A stretch of 53,546 bases of DNA from Candidatus Stahliibacteriota bacterium (GTDB taxonomy: Bacteria; Hydrothermota; UBA3073; JACQXS01): the NCBI GenBank assembly GCA_016208615.1, contig JACQXS010000036.1, positions 1 through 53,546 of the forward strand, read 5' to 3'. The notes under the pieces were generated by a model. That model ran no database searches. It saw only the letters and a list, made by a program, of their open reading frames with translations, and was not told the origin of the DNA. Below are positions 45,193 to 53,546 of this stretch, piece after piece (the stretch's first letter is position 1; every line of letters begins with the position of its first letter). Both the position numbers and the translations under genes were made by a program.

Positions 45193-45221
45193 CTTTGTCA
45201 AGAAAATTTTTATTGACAAAG
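45193..45221. promoter_or_regulatory. 29-bp near-perfect palindrome in the divergent intergenic region
   Basis: CTTTGTCAA-gaaaattttta-TTGACAAAG. Each arm contains a TTGACA -35-like hexamer on opposite strands. Confidence 0.4.
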
Positions 45222-45241
45222 CGTAAAAGTATAGATAAAAT
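45213..45241 (+). promoter_or_regulatory. putative sigma70-type promoter of yidC
   Basis: TTGACA (45213-45218), 17-nt spacer, TAAAAT (45236-45241), then 11 nt to the ATG at 45253. Confidence 0.5.
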
Positions 45242-45252
45242 GAAAATTACAG

Positions 45253-46845
45253 ATGGATAAGCGTCCATATATTGGGATAGCGTTAATTTTCTTCATCCTT
45301 GTTATGTGGACGATGACCATTACTAATAATGCACGCAAACAAGTAAAACCTATACCCCATTCTCAGGCACCACAAAGCGTAATAAATAATACCCCCAAAG
45401 CAACACCTCAATTTACAGCAGATACTATTGAACTGTCATTAGATACCGTAGATACAAAAGTAGCTCAAATTATAGTTAGTAGAATAGGCGGCACAATTAA
45501 AGCTGTAAATCTTAAACACTATAAATCCCCAAATAGCAAGTCGGTTGAACTTATACCTGAAAACGCAAGAACACTTGGCGGTGCTATGGGAGAAATTAAT
45601 TTATCTAATGCAAGGGTTGAGTTAATTGACCGCACCCCCTTATCACTTGTGTATGAATTTAAGGATACGCTACTGCCAGCAGGAATAAATAAGACATATA
45701 GTTTTAAGGACTCATCTTATACATTTGAGGTGGCGATTGACTTGCCAGAGCCATCAAAGTATAAGATACAATGGGATGCAGGGCTAAGGACTACTGAAAA
45801 GAATGCCGAAATGGAAGTCAGGTATTTTGGCGGCATCGTTAAGTCAGGTGGCACAGTGACGGTTAAGGGCTTAAATAGTTTAGACACTTTACCAAAGGGT
45901 GAGCCAGGAACTATAGAATGGGTAGGCGTAAAGAATAAGTATTTTCTCTCCGCTATAGTACCCGGGGTTGAGACAGAAAATTACTCCCTAAATAAAGCTA
46001 CTTTTACAAGAGTAGGCGGTGGCTGTATGAGCGGATGTATGCCTACGGGAGCGATAAACCAAGAGGATATAAAAGTTAGTGCCTCTCTTACTACACAAGC
46101 AAGTAAGAGGCATAAGTTTAAGCTCTATGTGGGACCACTGGACTATGATATATTAAAAAGAACGGGCAGCGGACTTGAGGATGCGTGTTATTTTGGGTTC
46201 AAATGGATAAGGCCTATATCCAGATTATTCCTAAAAGTGCTGACCGGATTACATAAAGTGGTGCCTAATTATGGGGTAGTGATAATTATTTTTTCATTCT
46301 TGTTGAGTATGATGTTCTTCCCATTAACAAAGATGAGTCAAAAGTCTATGATTGAGATGCAAAAACTACAGCCCAAGTTGCAGGAATTGCAAAAAAAGTA
46401 TGCCAAAGAGCCAAAACACTTAAATCAGGCGACTATGGAGTTATACAGGAAACACGGAGTATCACCATTTTCGGGCTGTCTGCCTATGCTTATACAGATG
46501 CCCATATTTTTTGCCTTGTATGCCTTGCTTGACACAACTATAGCACTCAGAGGTGCTGTATTTATACCACACTGGATAGAGGATTTATCGCAACACGACC
46601 CGTTTTTTGCCTTGCCAATTGTGATGGGTGTGATGATGTTTTTGCAGCAAAAACTACAAGGGAAAGCCAGCAGTGGAAGTAGTCAGCAGATGCAACAACA
46701 GCAAAAGATGATGATGTATTTTATGCCAGTGATGTTCACGGTTATATTTTTAAAATTCCCCGCAGGACTTGTGCTTTATTGGTTTGTGTATAATATATTT
46801 TCATTCGCCCAAACCTATACTTTAATGAAAACTAAAGGTTTTTAA
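45253..46845 (+). CDS. yidC: membrane protein insertase YidC
   Basis: N-terminal TM segment, a large periplasmic domain, and the C-terminal core YGVVIIIFSFLL..FPLT..QKLQPKLQELQKKY..NPFSGCLPMLIQMPIFFALY. Confidence 0.9.
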   Translation: MDKRPYIGIALIFFILVMWTMTITNNARKQVKPIPHSQAPQSVINNTPKATPQFTADTIELSLDTVDTKVAQIIVSRIGGTIKAVNLKHYKSPNSKSVELIPENARTLGGAMGEINLSNARVELIDRTPLSLVYEFKDTLLPAGINKTYSFKDSSYTFEVAIDLPEPSKYKIQWDAGLRTTEKNAEMEVRYFGGIVKSGGTVTVKGLNSLDTLPKGEPGTIEWVGVKNKYFLSAIVPGVETENYSLNKATFTRVGGGCMSGCMPTGAINQEDIKVSASLTTQASKRHKFKLYVGPLDYDILKRTGSGLEDACYFGFKWIRPISRLFLKVLTGLHKVVPNYGVVIIIFSFLLSMMFFPLTKMSQKSMIEMQKLQPKLQELQKKYAKEPKHLNQATMELYRKHGVSPFSGCLPMLIQMPIFFALYALLDTTIALRGAVFIPHWIEDLSQHDPFFALPIVMGVMMFLQQKLQGKASSGSSQQMQQQQKMMMYFMPVMFTVIFLKFPAGLVLYWFVYNIFSFAQTYTLMKTKGF

Positions 46846-46846
46846 G

Positions 46847-47038
46847 GTTATTGTACATAAAGAAATAAGTGGCGGATATTGGGCAGAGGTTCCTGCTATT
46901 CCTGGATGTGCAACTCAGGGCGAAACATTAGAAGAGTTAAAACAGAATCTTAAAGAAGCCATAGAAGGGTGTTTATCTGTAGATGTAGAAATACCTGAAA
47001 AAGAGGAGAAAACTCAGTTAATCAAAATAACTGTATGA
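46847..47038 (+). CDS. hicB: HicB-family antitoxin with no canonical start codon
   Basis: Not in the ORF track. Translation is (V)IVHKEISGGYWAEVPAIPGCATQGETLEELKQNLKEAIEGCL..., a typical UPF0150/HicB sequence. The stop overlaps the hicA ATG (ATGA). The frame is open only from 46829 and contains no ATG, GTG or TTG; an ATT lies at 46850. Confidence 0.55.
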   Translation, partial: VIVHKEISGGYWAEVPAIPGCATQGETLEELKQNLKEAIEGCLSVDVEIPEKEEKTQLIKITV

Positions 47039-47235
47039 AAGCACTCACCGGCAAGGAAATGGTTGCTTTGTTAGAGAAAGATGGCTGGTATGTTGTACGG
47101 ATAAAGGGAAGTCATCATATTATGACAAAAAAGAACTCCAAAATACAACTTTCTATTCCAGTTCATGCCGGTAAAGATTTAAAGCCTGGACTACAAAATC
47201 ATTTCTTGAAAATCGCAGGAATTAAATTTATTTAG
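47035..47235 (+). CDS. hicA: HicA-family mRNA interferase toxin
   Basis: 66 aa, LEKDGWYVVRIKGSHHIM...IPVHAGKDLKPGLQNHFLKIAG. Confidence 0.8.
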   Translation: MKALTGKEMVALLEKDGWYVVRIKGSHHIMTKKNSKIQLSIPVHAGKDLKPGLQNHFLKIAGIKFI

Positions 47236-47257
47236 ATAAAAAGGGGAGGAGAGTAAG

Positions 47258-48721
47258 ATGAAGAGGATTTTTCTTGTTATAGTATTATTGCCGCTATTAG
47301 TGTGCGGTGAACCGCCAACGCTTCTTAACGAACAGCAGGATACTGAAAAGCAAGAAGGCGGAGATATAGGACAGGGATTACCTTTAACTTCGGAGGGTAG
47401 AAGTCCATTTGTCAAGTTAGCTAAACAGCTAACGCCTGCGGTAGTGAGTGTGGAGGCAGAGCAAACAATTCAAGTTAGGTCGCCAATGGATGATTTCTTT
47501 GAAGACCCGTTCAATGATTGGTTTTTTAAGCAACTTCCTCCATCATTCCGACAACCGAAACAGCAGAAGCGAGAAGCAAAACGCCCTATACTGGGGTCAG
47601 GGATTATAGTTTCGGAAGACGGATATGTATTGACGAATAATCATGTTGTGGAAAGGGCATCTAAAATAATAGTTAAGATGATAGATGAAAAGGAGTACAC
47701 GGCTAAAGTTATTGGCACAGACCCTGCTACTGATGTGGCGCTTCTAAAAATAGATAAAAATGGGTTAAAGTATGCCCGATTGGGGGATTCAGATAAAATG
47801 GAAGCCGGAGACTGGGTTATGGCTATAGGTAATCCTTTCCATCTTGTAGGCACAGTAACAGTAGGCGTGATTTCAGCCAAAGGCAGAACGGGAATATCTA
47901 CGCCAGAAGGTAGTCCACAGTTCCAAAACTTCATTCAAACGGATGCTGCCATAAATCCGGGCAATTCAGGTGGTCCGCTGGTCAATTTAAGCGGAGAAGT
48001 GATAGGGATAAATACAGCTATACAAACAGCGGGACTGCCAGGTAATATAGGCATAGGATTTGCCATTCCAAGCAATATGGCGAAAAAGGTAATGGATGAC
48101 CTAATCCAATATAAAGAAGTAAAGCGTGGATGGTTAGGAGTACAGTATGGGAATTTAACCCCTGATTTAGCAGAAGCATATGGGTTAGAGAAACAAAAAG
48201 GGGTACTGGTGTCGAAGGTTATGGAAGATTCTCCCGCAAAGAAGGCAGGCATACAATCAGAGGATGTAATTCTTGCGTGGGATGGCAAGGAAGTAGATTA
48301 TGCAACTTTTCCAACTACGGTAGCACAAACTCCTATTGGTAAGACAGTAAGTGTAAAGATTTGGCACAATAAAGAGATTAAGTATGTGGAGATAGAAGTA
48401 ACTAAACGACCTGCAGAAATTGGAGCATCAGAAGAAAGGTGGTTCGGAATGACAGTTAGCTCGGTAATGAGTGAAGAGGCGAAAAAGTTGGGTGTAAATG
48501 AGAGAGAAGGGGCAGTAGTGATTGAAGTAGAAAGTGGCTCATCGGCTGATTTAGCAGGTATCACAGCAGGTGATTTGATAAAGAAGGTAGGTAATAAAGA
48601 GATTTTGAAGCTATCCGACTATGAGTTAGCGTATAAAGAATATAAAGACTCAAAGAAGCCCGTAGTATTTAAGCTTGAGCGAGGCGACCGCATTATCATT
48701 GTGGCATTGAAGAAAGAGTAG
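47258..48721 (+). CDS. htrA: Do/HtrA-family periplasmic serine endoprotease with two PDZ domains
   Basis: Catalytic triad contexts TNNHVV, DVALLKI and GNSGGPLVN, followed by two PDZ-like segments. Confidence 0.9.
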   Translation: MKRIFLVIVLLPLLVCGEPPTLLNEQQDTEKQEGGDIGQGLPLTSEGRSPFVKLAKQLTPAVVSVEAEQTIQVRSPMDDFFEDPFNDWFFKQLPPSFRQPKQQKREAKRPILGSGIIVSEDGYVLTNNHVVERASKIIVKMIDEKEYTAKVIGTDPATDVALLKIDKNGLKYARLGDSDKMEAGDWVMAIGNPFHLVGTVTVGVISAKGRTGISTPEGSPQFQNFIQTDAAINPGNSGGPLVNLSGEVIGINTAIQTAGLPGNIGIGFAIPSNMAKKVMDDLIQYKEVKRGWLGVQYGNLTPDLAEAYGLEKQKGVLVSKVMEDSPAKKAGIQSEDVILAWDGKEVDYATFPTTVAQTPIGKTVSVKIWHNKEIKYVEIEVTKRPAEIGASEERWFGMTVSSVMSEEAKKLGVNEREGAVVIEVESGSSADLAGITAGDLIKKVGNKEILKLSDYELAYKEYKDSKKPVVFKLERGDRIIIVALKKE

Positions 48722-48788
48722 GGAAGAGATAAAAGAAGGAGATATAGCTGCGAGAAACCAACTAATCATTAGATATTTACAGTCCGTA

Positions 48789-49436
48789 GTGAAGATAGCC
48801 AAATTATACCAATCCAGCGGCGTAGCACTTGGCGACCTTATAGATGAAGGGAATTTTGGGCTTATAAGGGCAATGAAGACATACGACTTAAGAAAAGGGG
48901 TACGGCTTATTTCATACGCTTCATGGTGGATAAGGCACTATATTCATCGGCTAATTTATCAGCAAATGAGGATTGTGAAAATACCTGTTCAAAGAGTGGC
49001 AGATAGAAGGATGATAAGAAAGATGGAAGATGTGTTAATTCAAAAACTTGGTCGCTTACCCCATACGGAGGAGATAGCCAAGGCACTCGATATTACAAGC
49101 CACGAAGTAAATAGAGCAATGGAAGCAATGCAAAATGATTTATCGCTGGATATTAAAATAGATGAAGATGAAACAGTCTCTTTGCTTGATTTTTTACGAG
49201 CCAACCCAGAAGAACTTGAGGATTCAGTAGTTAGGGGTTTATTAGCAGGCGAATTAGAGGAAAAAATGATTAACCTTAGCGAGACTGAAAAATTAATTCT
49301 CCGATTGAGGTTCGGGTTAGCAGGCGAATTATGTCATAAATTAAGAGAAATAGGCGAGCTACTCAATCTTTCAAGGGAAAGAGTGAGACAGATTGAGCAA
49401 AAAGCATTAGAAAAATTGAGACGCAAAACTGAATGA
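48789..49436 (+). CDS. sigma-70 family RNA polymerase sigma factor, apparently 5'-truncated
   Basis: Region 2 DLIDEGNFGLIRAMKTYD..YASWWIRHYI and region 4 LSETEKLILRLRFG..LREIGELLNLSRERVRQIEQKALEKLR. In-frame region 2.1-like sequence (GDIAARNQLIIRYLQSVV) continues upstream to 48723 with no canonical start. Confidence 0.75.
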   Translation: MKIAKLYQSSGVALGDLIDEGNFGLIRAMKTYDLRKGVRLISYASWWIRHYIHRLIYQQMRIVKIPVQRVADRRMIRKMEDVLIQKLGRLPHTEEIAKALDITSHEVNRAMEAMQNDLSLDIKIDEDETVSLLDFLRANPEELEDSVVRGLLAGELEEKMINLSETEKLILRLRFGLAGELCHKLREIGELLNLSRERVRQIEQKALEKLRRKTE

Positions 49437-50266
49437 AATTGACTATTGTACCACATAATACGAGCAAGGTTAGAGAGATTAGAATTCATAATGCGGTGTT
49501 GATATTGGTGATAGTAATGGTAGCGGTTGCTTTTATAGATAGGTATTCACGGACAAAAAATACCGTAGCCCCGGAAGAATTAGCTAAAAGTAATCAAGCA
49601 ACAGATGAGGAAATTAAAGTCTGTACACAAGAATATAATGGCATAGCCAATATCTGTAACCGGCTAATAACTTTGGCAAATAGGTATCAAAGCGTGAATA
49701 AAGAAGTGACAGCAGCACAAGTAGATGAAAATGTGCCTCCTACGGCTACTATTGATGAATTACTAACAGAATTGCAATCGTCTAATATAATTTTAGCTAA
49801 TGTATCAGCAAAATTGCAGGAAAAGCCAGAAGTGGCTAAATTTACTCCCTCTATTGCACCTGTTGAAGGATACATAATACAGACTTTTGGTAAAACTAAA
49901 TATATCTTCACAGGAGACGAAAGAATGTGTCAAGGAATAGATTTTGCTGCTCCCGCAGGAAGTAGTGTTCATTCAACTGCATACGGGGTAGTAAAATTTG
50001 CCGGCCCAAAACAGCATTCAGGGCTAACGGTTGAAATTGAACATACGGGAAAAGATTTTATCGCTGACCGTGAATTTGTTACTAAGTATTCACATTTATC
50101 ATTATTAAAGGTAACCACGGGGCAGGTGGTGAAAAGAAATGATATTATAGGATTTGTAGGGACAACGGGCAAAACTACAGGTCCTATGTTGCATTATGAG
50201 GTATGGGTAAATGGAGAGCCTTGCGACCCAATAGAATTTATTTTAACAGAGGTAAATTATTATTAG
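49433..50266 (+). CDS. membrane-anchored M23/LytM-domain protein with non-canonical metal-ligand positions
   Basis: TM segment, a coiled-coil-like region, then a LytM domain GIDFAAPAGSSVHSTAYGVV...YSHLS...GFVGTTGKTTGPMLHYEV. HxxxD reads CQGID and HxH reads MLH. Confidence 0.75.
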   Translation: MKLTIVPHNTSKVREIRIHNAVLILVIVMVAVAFIDRYSRTKNTVAPEELAKSNQATDEEIKVCTQEYNGIANICNRLITLANRYQSVNKEVTAAQVDENVPPTATIDELLTELQSSNIILANVSAKLQEKPEVAKFTPSIAPVEGYIIQTFGKTKYIFTGDERMCQGIDFAAPAGSSVHSTAYGVVKFAGPKQHSGLTVEIEHTGKDFIADREFVTKYSHLSLLKVTTGQVVKRNDIIGFVGTTGKTTGPMLHYEVWVNGEPCDPIEFILTEVNYY

Positions 50267-50268
50267 AG

Positions 50269-50667
50269 ATGGAAACTTTATTTATTATCAAGCCGGATGC
50301 AGTAGGGAAAGGGGTTGCTGCATTAATTACTAAGCGGATACAGGAGAAGGGATTTAGGATTATTGACTCCAAGACCTTGAAACTCTCTGAACAAGAAGCG
50401 GGTGAGTTTTACAGCATCCACAAAGGGAAGCCATTTTATGATGAGTTAGTTGATTTTATGACATCGGGCGAAATTGTAGTCCTGAGATTAGAAAGAGAGG
50501 ATGCGGTAAGATATTTAAGAGAGGTAGTGGGAGCTACTAATCCAAGTAACGCTAATCCAGGAACTATAAGGAAGGATTTTGGGACTTCTGTATGTACTAA
50601 TGCTGTGCATGCTTCTGATTCAGATGAGAATGCTAAACGAGAGATTGCATTCTTCTTCAAAAAATAA
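50269..50667 (+). CDS. ndk: nucleoside-diphosphate kinase
   Basis: METLFIIKPDAV start, with GATNP and NAVHASDS motifs. Start moved to the ATG at 50269. Confidence 0.9.
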   Translation: METLFIIKPDAVGKGVAALITKRIQEKGFRIIDSKTLKLSEQEAGEFYSIHKGKPFYDELVDFMTSGEIVVLRLEREDAVRYLREVVGATNPSNANPGTIRKDFGTSVCTNAVHASDSDENAKREIAFFFKK

Positions 50668-50783
50668 GCAAAGAGTAGAAATTAATAGAAACTTATAGAA
50701 ATTTGAGGAGACACAAATAATTTCTACTTAATTTCAACCAATTTCTATTTGTTTTTTGATTTAGGGGATATAAATCTTATTCT

Positions 50784-52763
50784 ATGATTAGAAGGGTAAT
50801 TCTTACACTTGTAATAATTTATGGATTTTTAATTGGCTTTGGAGTATCTACGATTATTACCATAAACAAGGCACTGCCACCAGCAGATAGACTTGAAGAA
50901 TACATTGTGGCGGGAGTTTCAAAAGTCTATGACCGGAAGGGGAAGTTGATACATGAATTTTATGAGGAAGCCAGAACTATAGTGCCATTAGAAAATATTC
51001 CTAAAACACTTATTAAAACTACTATTGTAATAGAGGATAAGAATTTTTACTCTCACTGCGGCATAGATTTATGGGCAATAGCGAGAGCGACTATTTGTAA
51101 TGTCTTAAATTTAAGGACAGTTCAAGGGGCATCTACAATTACGCAGCAGCTGGCCCGAAATCTATGTCTAACAATGACAAAAAGTACATTGCGTAAAATT
51201 AAAGAAATAGTACTCGCTTTTAGGATAGAACGCACCTACTCAAAGGATGAGATATTAGAACTTTATTTCAACCAAATTTACTACGGAAATGGAGCATACG
51301 GAGTGGAGGCGGCAGCTCAAAGATATTTTGGTAAGCATATAGAGAAGCTTACAATTGCAGAGTGTGCCACATTAATAAGCATACCCAAATATCCTGAAAA
51401 ATATAACCCCTACTCGGCACCTGAAAAGGTAGTAGAGAGGCGTAATTTTATACTCTCTGTGATGGCAGAAAAAGGAATAATAGCACAAGCTGAAAAGGAG
51501 AAAGCCCAAAAGACAAAGCTGGAAGTAGTGCAAAAATCCACCTTCAAGGGCAATTATTTTATAGAAGAAATCAGGAAGTGGGCAACTGAAAAATATGGTC
51601 CAGAATTACTTTATATGGGTGGGCTTTCTATTTACACGACACTGGATGCAGAATTGCAGGAGAGGGCGGAAAAGGTTATTGCCAGTGGAATTGAAAGGGT
51701 GGAAGAGAAATATAAGTACAAAAAAGAGGATACACTTAATCCTTTACAAACCGCCCTGATTACTATAGATGTGAGGACAGGTGCTATTCTTGCCGAAGTT
51801 GGAGGCAGGGAGTTTGTCAAAAGTATGTTCAATCGTGCGGTGCAGGCATTAAGGCAGCCAGGGTCTGCGTTTAAGCCATTTACTTGGATAGCAGCACTCG
51901 CAAGCGATAAGTTCAACGCCGCATCTATTGTAGAGGATGCACCTATTTCTATTAGACTAATAACGGGACAAATCTATTCACCGGTCAATTATGATGGCGA
52001 ATTCTTTGGTCCCATTACTCTACGGGAAGGGATTGCACATTCAAGAAACCTTGTAGCCGTAAGACTTATTCAAGAGATAGGTCCGGAACAAGTAGTAGGA
52101 TATGCAAGAAGGATGGGTATTACTTCAACGCTTGACCCGGTGATTGCTCTTTCATTGGGCAGTAGCTCGGTTACTTTAATTGATATAGTATCTGCGTTCT
52201 CAACGATGGGAAATCAGGGCATTAGGACTATACCTTATATGATAGAAAAAATTACAGATAAGGAAAATGTGCTGTTGTATAGGAATCAACCGGTAAGACA
52301 ACAAGTTTTATCGCCTCAACTGGCATACATAATGACTAATCTATTACAAAGCGTCTTAAATGAAGGCACAGGCGTGGGAGCAAGGGCAAAAGGATTCTAT
52401 TACCCTTGTGCGGGTAAAACGGGGACTACGGATAACTATAATGATGCGTGGTTTATAGGATATACTCCATCATTAGCTTGCGGAGTGTGGTTCGGGTTTG
52501 ACCAACGCAAAAGAATTGGCAGAAAAGCAACAAGTGCAGAAGTGGCTTTGCCTACCTGGACTGACTTTATGATTAGTGCCACAGAAGCGTTGCATAGCCC
52601 ATATGAGGAATTCTTTGTCCCCGAAGGACTTGCCTGGAAGACTATCTGTAAAAAGTGTGGTAGAGTTGCTACTTCATCCACAAAAGAGACAAGAAAAGAA
52701 GTGTTTATAAAAGGGACCGAACCTACTGATTATTGCTCAGGCATACACCGCAAAAAACTATAA
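50784..52763 (+). CDS. mrcA: class A penicillin-binding protein (PBP1A: glycosyltransferase + transpeptidase)
   Basis: GT51 motifs EDKNFYSHCGID, GASTITQQLARN and RKIKE. Transpeptidase motifs SAFKPF, SRN and KTGTT. Confidence 0.9.
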   Translation: MIRRVILTLVIIYGFLIGFGVSTIITINKALPPADRLEEYIVAGVSKVYDRKGKLIHEFYEEARTIVPLENIPKTLIKTTIVIEDKNFYSHCGIDLWAIARATICNVLNLRTVQGASTITQQLARNLCLTMTKSTLRKIKEIVLAFRIERTYSKDEILELYFNQIYYGNGAYGVEAAAQRYFGKHIEKLTIAECATLISIPKYPEKYNPYSAPEKVVERRNFILSVMAEKGIIAQAEKEKAQKTKLEVVQKSTFKGNYFIEEIRKWATEKYGPELLYMGGLSIYTTLDAELQERAEKVIASGIERVEEKYKYKKEDTLNPLQTALITIDVRTGAILAEVGGREFVKSMFNRAVQALRQPGSAFKPFTWIAALASDKFNAASIVEDAPISIRLITGQIYSPVNYDGEFFGPITLREGIAHSRNLVAVRLIQEIGPEQVVGYARRMGITSTLDPVIALSLGSSSVTLIDIVSAFSTMGNQGIRTIPYMIEKITDKENVLLYRNQPVRQQVLSPQLAYIMTNLLQSVLNEGTGVGARAKGFYYPCAGKTGTTDNYNDAWFIGYTPSLACGVWFGFDQRKRIGRKATSAEVALPTWTDFMISATEALHSPYEEFFVPEGLAWKTICKKCGRVATSSTKETRKEVFIKGTEPTDYCSGIHRKKL

Positions 52764-52779
52764 CCTTTAGACTTTTTGC

Positions 52780-52807
52780 TTGACAAAGCACTAAATGTTA
52801 TTATATT
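52780..52807 (+). promoter_or_regulatory. putative sigma70-type promoter of the toxin-antitoxin locus
   Basis: TTGACA (52780-52785), 16-nt spacer, TATATT (52802-52807). The ttagacttttt..tgcttgacaa module recurs at about 53391-53420. Confidence 0.4.
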
Positions 52808-52866
52808 AAAAATACAATGAAAGCTATAATTTTAGGTGCGATATGTTAATATAACAAGGGGGAAAA

Positions 52867-53082
52867 ATGGCTCAAAATAACAAAAGAGTGATAGAAATTC
52901 CTACAAAGGAACTTAATGAAATATTGAAAGCTTACAACACTATAGGAAATTTTCTGGAGCAGTATATAGACCCTGAATTACTCTACAAACAGGAGTTCAC
53001 TAAAGGGATAAAAGCGGCTTTTGACGAAATTCGCTGCAAAAAGACTAAAAAAGTTAATAAATTAAAAGATTTGGGTGGCTAA
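52867..53082 (+). CDS. putative antitoxin (by context)
   Basis: 71-aa ORF after aagggggaaaa, directly upstream of a RelE-like ORF. No family recognised. Confidence 0.45.
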   Translation: MAQNNKRVIEIPTKELNEILKAYNTIGNFLEQYIDPELLYKQEFTKGIKAAFDEIRCKKTKKVNKLKDLGG

Positions 53083-53089
53083 ACAATGT

Positions 53090-53284
53090 ATGCGGCAAAT
53101 AGAAAAAACATCGGTATTTACAAAAGATTTTAAGAAAGTTTCTACGAATATTCAGGAAGAAGTGTGGAAAATAATATGTATATTAAGAGAAAATGCATTT
53201 GATAGGAGATTGAATATAAAAAAATTAGAAGGATATAAAAATATATGGAGAGTGAAAGTAAAAACCCGCCTCAACTGGATTTAG
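53090..53284 (+). pseudogene. RelE/ParE-like toxin remnant, 3'-truncated
   Basis: MRQIEKTSVFTKDFKK...LRENAFDRRLNIKKLEGYKNIWRVKV follows the RelE/StbE N-terminal pattern. It then runs into repeat sequence and stops (KTRLNWI*), so the C-terminal part of the fold is missing. Confidence 0.45.
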
Positions 53285-53301
53285 TAGGATTTGGTGTCTT
53301 A

Positions 53302-53408
53302 GTGGCAATAGATTTCTTTGGAACTCTTGTCTTTAACAAATTCAACGATATTAACGAACCTAACTTTTAGACTTTATGAACTTTTAGACTCTTAGACTTT
53401 TTTTATTT
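53302..53408. repeat. interspersed non-coding repeat, family B, copy 2
   Basis: gtggcaatagatttcttt..ctttaacaaattcaacgatattaacgaacctaacttttagac.. aligns with 3877..3948, with extra cttttagac word units. Confidence 0.6.
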
Positions 53409-53546
53409 TTTGCTTGACAAGATGAAAAAGCATAATAAATTAAGAACAGAATGAAAAGATTAGGTATTGATTCTCTCTCTGCGGAAATCAGCTTCTACAC
53501 ATTGCGAGTATAAGCAAAGCAACCCCACTTTTAATCGTAGTAAATA

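Noticed and set aside
45031-45219. 62-aa ORF in the intergenic region upstream of yidC
   Set aside because: It is built from word repeats (aatcccaaa, cccgaagaaagcggg). The translation is FGF/LGF-rich, typical of such repeats, and it has no SD.
1-53546. tRNA genes, rRNA genes, transposases, integrases and prophage genes
   Set aside because: I noticed no ORF with DDE, tyrosine-recombinase or serine-recombinase motifs and no tRNA-like T-arm sequence in the non-coding gaps. This was a scan by eye only, not a tRNAscan or Infernal run.

Overview
This is a low-GC, gene-dense bacterial window with about 50 protein genes. I recognised no rRNA gene, tRNA gene, CRISPR array, transposase or integrase. 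Several secreted proteins carry Por/T9SS-type C-terminal sorting tails, which suggests an uncultivated FCB-group-like bacterium (inference only). The housekeeping backbone is yloV-degV, truA, a short ecfT-like gene, rpsA, ispH, plsC, cmk, rsmD, nadK, sppA, priA, mtaB, grpE-dnaK-dnaJ, an MccB-like carboxyltransferase, an enoyl-CoA hydratase, yidC, htrA, a sigma factor, an M23/LytM protein, ndk and a class A PBP. There are four accessory parts. (1) An AT-rich 5.2-kb island (9396-14561) sits in a co-directional housekeeping array. It holds a beta-class DNA methyltransferase, a small putative restriction endonuclease, a DNA-modification/repair-type radical SAM enzyme without its usual partner, a small membrane protein, and an overlapping pair made of a SocA/Panacea-like-DUF488 fusion and an uncharacterised 248-aa protein. 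I rate this pair as the best candidate for an undescribed defence, toxin-antitoxin or DNA-modification module. (2) A second orphan methyltransferase and a B12-binding radical SAM enzyme lie between two leucine-catabolism genes. (3) A minus-strand surface-protein cluster (39166-44937) has three paralogous secreted repeat proteins, a four-helix-bundle (23S rRNA IVS protein/Avd family) gene flanked by 27-bp inverted repeats, and a small T9SS-tailed protein. (4) There are hicBA and a decayed relE-like toxin-antitoxin locus. Short 'word' tandem repeats with 7-8-nt sub-periods, often in 21-24-nt units, occur across the window. They fill intergenic spacers and also sit in-frame inside conserved genes (rsmD, priA, mtaB, grpE, rpsA, cmk tail, linkers of T9SS proteins). 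Several genes look decayed: PriA has degenerate helicase motifs, DegV and MccB have in-frame deletions, and several genes have truncated 5' or 3' ends. Every homology call comes from reading the translations and recalled family motifs. No database search was run.
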